From: Minisyncoccota bacterium
Lineage (GTDB): Bacteria > Patescibacteriota > Minisyncoccia > Phycocordibacterales > UBA918
Assembly (NCBI GenBank): GCA_021734905.1
Contig: JAIPIB010000007.1
Location: forward strand, 1-42,779
Direction of reading: 5' to 3'
DNA: 42,779 bases
Shown: piece by piece, positions 8,903 through 16,777 of the stretch
How positions within the stretch are numbered: the stretch's first letter is position 1
Layout of the letters: each line of letters opens with the position of its first letter
Made by a program: the position numbers and the translations under genes
The notes under the pieces: generated by a model
Told to the model about the DNA's origin: nothing
What the model saw: only the letters and a program-made list of their open reading frames with translations
The model's database searches: none

Positions 8903-9834
8903 GTAAATAATGCTAAGAAGCCAAGAGAAATTACTGCGACAAATAATACCTTTTGAAGAATCGTATCGTGATGATATTCCTCTCCGATCTTATTTTCTTT
9001 TGAACGAGTATTAAAAAATATTCCAATAAAAAGGATGAATACAAACTGAAGGCCTCCCAATGCCTGAACAACTGCGACATCACCAAAATCGGTCGCTTTT
9101 AGAATTAAAATCGTTGAAACTCCGGCAAGAACTTTGTTAGAAAATATAAGTAACCCGGCCTGTTTTGTTGTTGATTTAGTTTGTTCAATAATTTTTTCCC
9201 AAAATGCAGGGACCATCAATAGTGAAATTGCATAAAACACAAAGGCAATTCTTGACCAAAAAAATCCGTTATCAAATGTAGTAACAAGAAAAAGACCTTT
9301 TATTGCAACATAATGGATCGCAAAGAATACACCAGCATGTATTGCTACCATTGAAGTCTTGAAAGAAAAATGATACTTCGAGACGAGAAATGTTCCTCCA
9401 GCAAGAAGAGTAATGCCAAGCATAAAACTCTGTGTAATGGCGGTATTGAGAAAGAAATATCCAAGTCCAAATGTAGCAATCGCTGATGTTGCCCCAACTA
9501 CAGGAACAACATCTGATGCATCTGCGGAACGAAGTGCGGTAAAAAGTGAAACGAGTGCGGTAAAAAAAGTATATGCTGCGAGGATAGAAAGAGAGACAAC
9601 TTCAAGAGTTGGTTTTATAACATTTGAGAATGATGGTACCGGAATACCAGCAAAAGAAAAAGGTAAAAGACTAATCAAATACGCAGCAACCCAAAGGCCT
9701 GAAACCAAACAAGTATAAAATGCGTATACAAACGGTTTTGGTAATATTTTTTCGTCTGACACGATGCGCTTATCAATAAGCGCGACTATTGCATTCAAAA
9801 ACTGTGCCCCAACAGCAAGTAATATCCAATTCAT
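8899..9834 (-). CDS. DMT/EamA-like permease
   Basis: 311 aa, about 10 hydrophobic helices in two similar halves. Confidence 0.6.
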   Translation of the reverse strand: MNWILLAVGAQFLNAIVALIDKRIVSDEKILPKPFVYAFYTCLVSGLWVAAYLISLLPFSFAGIPVPSFSNVIKPTLEVVSLSILAAYTFFTALVSLFTALRSADASDVVPVVGATSAIATFGLGYFFLNTAITQSFMLGITLLAGGTFLVSKYHFSFKTSMVAIHAGVFFAIHYVAIKGLFLVTTFDNGFFWSRIAFVFYAISLLMVPAFWEKIIEQTKSTTKQAGLLIFSNKVLAGVSTILILKATDFGDVAVVQALGGLQFVFILFIGIFFNTRSKENKIGEEYHHDTILQKVLFVAVISLGFLALFT

Positions 9835-9937
9835 AATCTAGAAATTTATTAGCACAACGATAGCTTCTGATTTATCACCTTATCCTTCTATTACTGGAAA
9901 GATGTGTCCTGCAAGAAATTATCACCTTGCATGATTA

Positions 9938-11170
9938 TTATACCCCATTTTGTTGGCATATCTGCTTATAAATATACGCAGATGGGCGTATCGTACGTTC
10001 AAGTGTTTCATAATTAATTTCAACTAATCCAAATCTTTTTTCGTATCCAAGCACCCATTCGTAGTTATCAAGAAGCGACCAATACATATGCCCACGCACA
10101 TCTGCCCCTCGCTGTATAGCTTGCCATGTCGCTTGTACTTGTTTAGTAATGTAATCACCCCTATACACATCTCGATAATCAGCAATTCCCGATTCAGAAA
10201 CAAAGAGTGGCTTTCTATAGCGTGCAAGCATCATAAGTGATTCTTCAAGACCTTCTGGATAAATGTCCCAGTCCATATCTGTCTTTTCATACACTTTCTT
10301 GTCGCCAAATTTTTTTTGAAAATAATAATTAAGTCCGATTGAATCACACTTCATATATACACGATTCATAAATCTGTATGTCCAGAAATAGTTTGCTATC
10401 CAAGCGATGGCCTTATTAATTGGATTCCAATTGGCACGAAATAAAATGACATGTTTCACTACACTAACGTCAGATAATGGTGACACTTTCTTAATTGCCT
10501 CGTACGCACAATTATGTGCTTTTGCTAGATGACAAATAACGCGTAGGTATGTAAAAAGTGGAGTGAGTCCTCTTTCAGCTTTTGATTCAAAAGATCTCCC
10601 TGAATTTGTAATAGAAACGATATCTGTTAAAACAAAGCGTTTGAATGGTGGCCAACTTCCTCTAAGCCACCCATTTGAAGCAAAAACATTAGGTTCATTC
10701 ATTGTTGAAAAATCTGTACAGAGATCACCTAGCCTTGAGACAACATATGAGCAGTATCTAGCAAAAATTTCTGGAGCATCTTTTCTCTCAAAACCACCCG
10801 TCTCGGAAAACCAAAGCGGGAGCGTAAAGTGCCATAATGTGACAAATGGTTTAACTCCCCTTACGTGAAGTGCTTCAAGTACTTTTCTGTAATGAGCGAT
10901 GGCTTCCTCGTTAAAAACACCGTCTTCTGGCTCAATACGAGCCCACTCAATCGAAAACCTGTGTCCAGTGTGCCCAAGAGACTTTGCAATATCAAAATCT
11001 TCTTCGTACCGATTGTAATGGTCACACGCTTTCCCAGCAAAAGGGACCCTGCCGTCCTCGGCAGCTCGTGCCCAATCAGTTTTCATAATACCTCCCTCTA
11101 CCTGATATGAAGCAGTTGCTGCTCCCCATATAAAACCCTCTGGAAATTTTTTTAAATCAGGCTGCTGCAT
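9938..11170 (-). CDS. GH1 beta-glucosidase/beta-galactosidase
   Basis: FPEGFIWGAATASYQVEGG N-terminal signature, TMNEPNV acid/base motif, VSESGIAD nucleophile region, WSLLDNYEW. Confidence 0.9.
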   Translation of the reverse strand: MQQPDLKKFPEGFIWGAATASYQVEGGIMKTDWARAAEDGRVPFAGKACDHYNRYEEDFDIAKSLGHTGHRFSIEWARIEPEDGVFNEEAIAHYRKVLEALHVRGVKPFVTLWHFTLPLWFSETGGFERKDAPEIFARYCSYVVSRLGDLCTDFSTMNEPNVFASNGWLRGSWPPFKRFVLTDIVSITNSGRSFESKAERGLTPLFTYLRVICHLAKAHNCAYEAIKKVSPLSDVSVVKHVILFRANWNPINKAIAWIANYFWTYRFMNRVYMKCDSIGLNYYFQKKFGDKKVYEKTDMDWDIYPEGLEESLMMLARYRKPLFVSESGIADYRDVYRGDYITKQVQATWQAIQRGADVRGHMYWSLLDNYEWVLGYEKRFGLVEINYETLERTIRPSAYIYKQICQQNGV

Positions 11171-11252
11171 TGACAGAACTATAACAAATAGTTAACCACT
11201 GTGATAGCCTTATTATCCCAGCGGTTTTATTTACTTAACCCATCAAAACAAA

Positions 11253-11978
11253 TCATTTAAATTTTTCAATAAAACTGTCTGGTGCGAGATTTTTGAGCCA
11301 TTTTTTATACAGTTTTGTAGTAGCAGTAACATCTCGAGCATTGTATTCAGCAATATCGCGGAACTTTTTCATTCGAAAAAGTTCCGCGATATGCTCACCA
11401 GAAATTCCCTCTTCCTTTGAACTCTTTATACCAAAAGCTCTACAGAACAAATGGAGCGGTGGTCGCTTTTGCGTAGCACCATAAAAAGTCATCTGTTCTT
11501 GGAGATCAATATGCCTGACCGCTTTCTGTTGATAAAGATATCTACCTTCCATGAGATTCTGAGATGGTCGTATGTCATATTTAGTAGACCGAATACTTAA
11601 AAACGGTGCATCAAATCTCCTACCGTTAAATGTAACAAATGTATCGTAACTCTTCGCACCCTCCCAAAAATCTTCCAACATTTCTTTTTCTGTTCTTGTC
11701 TTGAATACAAAATCCTCAATCTCAAAGTCAGCTTCTTCTCCTCCGCTATAATACACAACACCTTGATGTAGCTCTAAATCATAAACCCCTATAGCTACAA
11801 TAGTACCCGTGAGTGGCGAGAGGCCGAGGCAGTTTTTTAAGTCATCAAGAAGAACCTCCTTTTCTTCATCACTACGTGCAACTCTATCAATCCAATGTGT
11901 AAGTGAGTCTTTTGTTGCCTCGTCAAAACCATTCCAATCTTCTCCAATTGTCTCAATATCAAATATAAGCGTCCGCAT
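11253..11978 (-). CDS. RNase H-fold 3'-5' exonuclease (PolB-exonuclease-like)
   Basis: LIFDIETIG ExoI motif, FNGRRFDAPFL ExoII-like, YNARDV ExoIII-like. Confidence 0.7.
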   Translation of the reverse strand: MRTLIFDIETIGEDWNGFDEATKDSLTHWIDRVARSDEEKEVLLDDLKNCLGLSPLTGTIVAIGVYDLELHQGVVYYSGGEEADFEIEDFVFKTRTEKEMLEDFWEGAKSYDTFVTFNGRRFDAPFLSIRSTKYDIRPSQNLMEGRYLYQQKAVRHIDLQEQMTFYGATQKRPPLHLFCRAFGIKSSKEEGISGEHIAELFRMKKFRDIAEYNARDVTATTKLYKKWLKNLAPDSFIEKFK

Positions 11979-11982
11979 ATTT

Positions 11983-12498
11983 TCATGCTCGATTCCAAGG
12001 CATGTACCTCAAAATGTAAGTCATGCTGCAAATCCCAGTCACTCCAGCAAAAAGTAACCCAGTTCCAACGAATGCCGACAATGCGTACCACCAAGGATTC
12101 ATCCATGTGCCGAGTATTGACCCAGTAAGTATAAGTACGCCAGCAGTAATCATTACCTGTCTAATAATTGGAATAACGTTCTTCCCAACACGGACCACCT
12201 CAAAACCAGCACTTTCCCATGCATTGATCCCCCCTTCAATGTTAACAACGTTTATTCCAACGTCACTCAAAGACTGGCATGCACCGGCTGATCTACCTCC
12301 CGACTGGCAATGAACGTACACCGTCTTTATCATCTTAAGTCTATCTGTAGCATCCATAATTTTGTCGAGAGGAATATTTTTTGCCGCAGCAATATGCCGA
12401 GATTTAAACTCAAAGGGCTCTCGCACATCGATAAGTATTTCATCAAAATCACCATCGGAGAGTCGTTCTTTTAATTCTTGCGCGGTTATTGTTTGCAT
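11983..12498 (-). CDS. Rhodanese domain fused to two-TM DUF2892 (YgaP-like sulfurtransferase)
   Basis: Active-site loop HCQSGGRS; C-terminal hydrophobic hairpin with GxCxM-like ending (GICSMTYIL). Confidence 0.8.
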   Translation of the reverse strand: MQTITAQELKERLSDGDFDEILIDVREPFEFKSRHIAAAKNIPLDKIMDATDRLKMIKTVYVHCQSGGRSAGACQSLSDVGINVVNIEGGINAWESAGFEVVRVGKNVIPIIRQVMITAGVLILTGSILGTWMNPWWYALSAFVGTGLLFAGVTGICSMTYILRYMPWNRA

Positions 12499-12507
12499 AT
12501 AATTTTA

Positions 12508-12532
12508 GGGAACTATATACAAAGTTACCCTA
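12508..12532. repeat. Left terminal inverted repeat of the IS1595-like element
   Basis: Exact reverse complement of 14906-14930; contains the stop codon of the nuclease ORF. Confidence 0.9.
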
Positions 12533-13091
12533 AAAATCGTTTGTTCACGAGTGCTTGAAACTCGGACATATTGTAAACACCAATTAAAGCCCTGTTAGGG
12601 TTCACTTGGTTTTTAAGCCACTCCATAGCAGTACGTTTGTAACCGCCACCGTCAAGCAAGATAATGGTTGGTAACCCGATTTTGATGATATTGAAAAGCG
12701 TAAATGGGTATTTCTCGTCTACACTACCGTTACTCTGTTGCCACTTACACTCAATGATGAGGTCGCTCGGAAACTTCTCTTTGTTTATGATGAGAAAATC
12801 GCACTTTCTGGGGCTTTCGTAGATACTCGTACCACAAGGCACTTGCTTGGCGTACTGTTTACCGCCCACGTTTGCTCGGTTATCAAAAAGTTGCTTTCGG
12901 TTGCCTGTAAACTCTAGGTAGCCATTATCTAACAAAATACGCTCAACAAAACGCTCTAGGGTATTGCCTGTTACGTTTGCTTGCTGTCCACCAATGATGG
13001 GACTATTTATAGTTTCTGATGATAAGCTCGTTTTCTTTTCCACGTTGATGTGACTTACACGATACGAACCGTGAAGCCGATACCGTTTCAA
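12525..13091 (-). CDS. Small PD-(D/E)XK-type nuclease, putative restriction endonuclease partner of the Dam-like MTase
   Basis: CDFLI-x12-IIECKWQ matches a D...(D/E)xK core; immediately downstream of the MTase. The start is uncertain because the ORF-track start overlaps the MTase by 89 nt. Confidence 0.55.
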   Translation of the reverse strand: MKRYRLHGSYRVSHINVEKKTSLSSETINSPIIGGQQANVTGNTLERFVERILLDNGYLEFTGNRKQLFDNRANVGGKQYAKQVPCGTSIYESPRKCDFLIINKEKFPSDLIIECKWQQSNGSVDEKYPFTLFNIIKIGLPTIILLDGGGYKRTAMEWLKNQVNPNRALIGVYNMSEFQALVNKRFLG

Positions 13092-13887
13092 TAGTATAGC
13101 CCTTATATAGCTCTCTTACAAACGGAGTATCGCTATTTGAGAGCATAAAGAAACCACCCTTTTTGTGTATTTTATGGCAAAACTCTGCTAGGGCTATGTG
13201 TTCAGCATCACCAAAACCGTCACCGCTATAACCACTGTAAGTTTCGTGATATGGAGGATCAAGATAATAGAAGTCGTCTTTGTATATTTCCGCTTGTTTG
13301 AAGCTGTGTTGTGTGACGTTTGCGGATTTGAGTAGAGTAGAACACGCTCGTAGATTGTCAGCGTCTAGGATGGCAGGGTTCTTGTAGTCACCCATAGGGA
13401 CGTTATAACCACCGCTTTTGTTCACTCGGTACAACCCATTGAAACACGTCTTGTTTATGTATATGAAAACCGAAGCTAGTTTGGTAGGGTCTTTTTCTTT
13501 TGCTAGTCGCTCACGTTGTCGCCCGTAGTATTCTTTACTGTGGTTTCGTTCGTGTCCTTTGAGGAGGGTAATAAGTCGCTCTACATCATTTCGTACTGCT
13601 TGGTAGGTAATGACAAGGTGAAAGTTGATGTCAGACAGATATGCTTCTTTTGGTTGCAGGGCAAAATATAATGCTCCACCACCCATAAATGGTTCGTGGT
13701 ATGCGTCATAACTGTCGGGCATACGCTTGATAAGTTCGGGCAATATAGAACGCTTGCCACCCACCCATTTTACAAACGGACGGGCAGTAGGCACGATGAT
13801 GTCTGGTCGGTTTTCTGTACCGATTGCAGTCAATACTTCGTCAAATGAAGCGTCTATGGGTTCGTGATATTTTTTGTCTCGTCCCAT
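13003..13887 (-). CDS. Dam-family (D12 class, alpha group) N6-adenine DNA methyltransferase
   Basis: VKWVGGKRSILPEL, FMGGGALYF (motif I) upstream of DPPY (motif IV). Confidence 0.9.
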   Translation of the reverse strand: MGRDKKYHEPIDASFDEVLTAIGTENRPDIIVPTARPFVKWVGGKRSILPELIKRMPDSYDAYHEPFMGGGALYFALQPKEAYLSDINFHLVITYQAVRNDVERLITLLKGHERNHSKEYYGRQRERLAKEKDPTKLASVFIYINKTCFNGLYRVNKSGGYNVPMGDYKNPAILDADNLRACSTLLKSANVTQHSFKQAEIYKDDFYYLDPPYHETYSGYSGDGFGDAEHIALAEFCHKIHKKGGFFMLSNSDTPFVRELYKGYTIETVSASRFVSCKSHQRGKENELIIRNYK

Positions 13888-13888
13888 A

Positions 13889-14803
13889 TTAGGCGGTAAG
13901 TTTATTGTACGGAAGTTGTGAGCTTTCCGATACTCTGATAACTGCGTCCGTGAACATATCTACCAATGAAGCAGTACGGCTGTTGTGACGGAACACAAAC
14001 TCGTTGACGTACTTTTGCAGGTGTTTCTTGCTCATTGTGTGGTATGTGCCGTAGTATCCACGCTTGAACGTAGCCCAGAAACTTTCCATTGTATTTGAGT
14101 GTGCTTCACCCTTTACATATTGTCCCTTTCCGTGAGATACGGACTGGTGAGGGTAGAGTGAACCTATTTTTGAGTATGAAAGAAACTCGTCAGTAAAAAG
14201 CTCTGAACCGATTTTGACGTGTTCAACAATCATACTTTCAAGCGTTCGCATTTTCACGTCTTGTACCACACTCGCTTTTACCTTACCGCCACGCTGTATC
14301 AAGCCAACAACAGGGGTCTTGGTGAGCGTATTTCGCCCCTGTGTGCCTTTAGTACGCTTGTGGGCGTGCTTGTTCTTCTCCTTTCCACCGATGTAGGTTT
14401 CGTCTACTTCTACCTTACCAAAAAGCTGTCCACCATTTTGCTTCATAGTCGCTCGAATACGATGATCCATAAACCACGCTGTCTTTTGAGTAACACCTAT
14501 TTGCTTTGCAAGGTTGATAGAAGAAACACCCTTTTTGTTGGTAGTGAGTAGGTAAATAGCCACGAACCACTTTTGTAGAGGGATTTTGCTTTCACCGAAT
14601 ACTGTACCTGTCTTGATAGTGAAGTCCTTTTTACAAGACGCACAACGGTATCGCTTGCCGTCAGCAAAGCGGTTTATCTTACTGTGGTTACAGTGAGGGC
14701 AATAGTCACCGTCTTTGAAACGGATTTGCTCAAAGTATTTTTTGCACGTTTCTTCGTCCTTGTAGTGGGCGAGGAAGTCAATCAATGTTTTATACTCTTT
14801 CAT
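13889..14803 (-). CDS. IS1595-family transposase (N-terminal zinc ribbon + ISXO2-like DDE domain)
   Basis: CPHC...CASC zinc ribbon, VEVDETYIGG, FTDEF, HSNTMESFWATFKRG motifs. Confidence 0.85.
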   Translation of the reverse strand: MKEYKTLIDFLAHYKDEETCKKYFEQIRFKDGDYCPHCNHSKINRFADGKRYRCASCKKDFTIKTGTVFGESKIPLQKWFVAIYLLTTNKKGVSSINLAKQIGVTQKTAWFMDHRIRATMKQNGGQLFGKVEVDETYIGGKEKNKHAHKRTKGTQGRNTLTKTPVVGLIQRGGKVKASVVQDVKMRTLESMIVEHVKIGSELFTDEFLSYSKIGSLYPHQSVSHGKGQYVKGEAHSNTMESFWATFKRGYYGTYHTMSKKHLQKYVNEFVFRHNSRTASLVDMFTDAVIRVSESSQLPYNKLTA

Positions 14804-14905
14804 TACTACCTATCTTATACGATCAGATTAGGGTTGTCAACTCCTTTTATCCACACACCATAAAACCCTGCTATGTCAAACACGGCGGGGCTTCTGTTAT
14901 ACTGC

Positions 14906-14930
14906 TAGGGTAACTTTGTATATAGTTCCC
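14906..14930. repeat. Right terminal inverted repeat of the IS1595-like element
   Basis: Exact reverse complement of 12508-12532. Confidence 0.9.
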
Positions 14931-14954
14931 TAATTTTATTATTGAAAAAAATAA

Positions 14955-15329
14955 TTATTCATCAGCCTGTATTGTAGTACTTGATACTGCTGTCACCTCT
15001 TCGGACTTATCAAAGACAGAGGTCGTAGACACGCTCTCTTCTTGGATAGATACGGGGTTCTCATCTTTCTGAATTATAACAGTATCTTTTGCAGCGCGTA
15101 TAACGGCATTTCTAACTTTCTCTGTAAAAATCTCTCGTTCTACCTTCTTATTGTTCTGATCAAAAGAAATAACAACATACTCATCTTGTGGTATAGCAAA
15201 AAGTATTTCCTTTGTATACGTCTGTTGTTCGCTTTCGACTGAATTGGAAGACATTAATCCAACACACAAAATAAGACCAAGACAACAGAAGATTGCAATG
15301 AGAAGATATTTCGTACTTACCATGAACAC
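14955..15329 (-). CDS. Hypothetical membrane-anchored protein with acidic C-terminus
   Basis: 124 aa, N-terminal TM helix, no recognisable domain. Confidence 0.55.
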   Translation of the reverse strand: MFMVSTKYLLIAIFCCLGLILCVGLMSSNSVESEQQTYTKEILFAIPQDEYVVISFDQNNKKVEREIFTEKVRNAVIRAAKDTVIIQKDENPVSIQEESVSTTSVFDKSEEVTAVSSTTIQADE

Positions 15330-15392
15330 TATAGTACAACACTGACACTAATATCTCCTCATAACATGTTAATTCTTGTTCACAATGAGTGT

Positions 15393-16670
15393 TCAGTGAA
15401 CCTGAACATCAATAATTTGTTCTACACGCCGTATATCAGCAAGGAGCTTTGACCGTTCAACATTATAGAGAGTAATCGTAAATACCGCCTTCCCACCATT
15501 CTTGGCGAACTGACTAAGGTCCCCTACTTTTTTATTTACCTTAATATCTGAAAATGACTTTAGTTCACGGCACTTTTTGATTCCTTTCAGCCTAACGATT
15601 CTTCCTTCTTTCTTTGCATACCATTTAAGTGTTGCTGCATACCCCTTACACTTTTTTGGAACAATAGGTTTTTTTGGAAGACGAATCAAAATGTCATTCA
15701 TTGAATGATCAATATCGCAGCTGAGGCTATGCAGTTTATTGCGGAAACCTCCAATACGTGGCCCAATCTCAATCAACTTCCAATCATCATCAACTTTCAT
15801 CAACTCGATATGAGCTGTCGTATTACGGAGCCCAAGGGCGTGAACTCCTGCGACAGATGCTTCATGCGCACGTTCTATACTTCTTTTTTTAAGCCCTGTT
15901 GGTGACAGGTGCATATAATTATAAAAATCATCGTGTCCAATATTTTTTCCTGTAACAACCCTTACCATCGGGCAAAAATATACCGTACCTTTTCCACTCA
16001 CGTATGCATCAACAGAATACATATCCCCTTCCATAAACTCCTCAACCATCATTTTGGGTTCTTCTATTCGGCCATTCTCTTTATATATTTTCTGAATTTT
16101 TTTATATGCCTGAGTGAGTGCTCGTTTAAGATCTTCTTCATGATAACAAATACTAACAAGAAGGCTCTGTGCTAGGTTAGTCGGTTTGAGCATCATTGGA
16201 AATTTAACCTTTTCGATAACACGTTTTCTCTCTACTCCGGTATTTTTACGTACAATAGCGTATTTTGGTGTAAACTTCTTAGCTAACAAAGCAAATCTTC
16301 GACGCATCTCAAGCTTGTCAGTCGCCCACCTCAATGATTCTGTGTTTGGTGTACGGAGGTAAGGAACGTGAGGGATAATCTGTATAAACTTCGCCATGTA
16401 TGACTCCATACGACAAGTAATCGCACAAAATTCATCTTGATATGGCGCAATCGCCTCTGCAATCCTAGCTGGGTTTGAGAAGTCACAGGTCAAGTGTAAA
16501 TCGAGGTCTGGATGCCTTTTTTTCTGTTCAGTGACACCATGATGAATATCCTGTATTAACATTATACGAAAATTTTGCTTTTCCCTTTTTTCATACCTCC
16601 GAATACTCTCAATAGCCCCTGGTGGCAATACCATCAGGTACACAATAATATTTCTCTCTAATTTTTTCAT
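15393..16670 (-). CDS. ATP-grasp ligase (L-amino-acid-ligase / carboxylate-amine ligase-like)
   Basis: KFPMMLKP, MVEEFMEG, HIELM....KLIEIGPRIGG motifs typical of the ATP-grasp fold. Confidence 0.75.
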   Translation of the reverse strand: MKKLERNIIVYLMVLPPGAIESIRRYEKREKQNFRIMLIQDIHHGVTEQKKRHPDLDLHLTCDFSNPARIAEAIAPYQDEFCAITCRMESYMAKFIQIIPHVPYLRTPNTESLRWATDKLEMRRRFALLAKKFTPKYAIVRKNTGVERKRVIEKVKFPMMLKPTNLAQSLLVSICYHEEDLKRALTQAYKKIQKIYKENGRIEEPKMMVEEFMEGDMYSVDAYVSGKGTVYFCPMVRVVTGKNIGHDDFYNYMHLSPTGLKKRSIERAHEASVAGVHALGLRNTTAHIELMKVDDDWKLIEIGPRIGGFRNKLHSLSCDIDHSMNDILIRLPKKPIVPKKCKGYAATLKWYAKKEGRIVRLKGIKKCRELKSFSDIKVNKKVGDLSQFAKNGGKAVFTITLYNVERSKLLADIRRVEQIIDVQVH

Positions 16671-16777
16671 GTATGTTTGTTTGTTCTATATGAATAGATG
16701 CCTGACACACCAGCCATCCAATGTCCTTCTAACATGAAAATCTAGCATATAATTATAAATCGGGATGGATAATAAAA

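Larger units (their letters stand above)
12508..14930 (-). mobile_element. IS1595-family transposable element carrying a type II R-M-like cargo (tnp - Dam MTase - nuclease)
   Basis: Perfect inverted repeats GGGAACTATATACAAAGTTACCCTA (12508-12532) / TAGGGTAACTTTGTATATAGTTCCC (14906-14930). They are flanked by direct repeat TAATTTTA at 12500-12507 and 14931-14938. Three co-oriented ORFs fill the interior. Confidence 0.85.

Noticed and set aside
12525-13887. 89-nt overlap between the nuclease and methyltransferase ORFs as a sign of a frameshift, pseudogene or fusion
   Set aside because: Both frames are intact and different. The nuclease has no internal ATG near the MTase stop, so a non-ATG start downstream of 13003 or a genuine overlap is more likely. 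The start is left flagged as uncertain.
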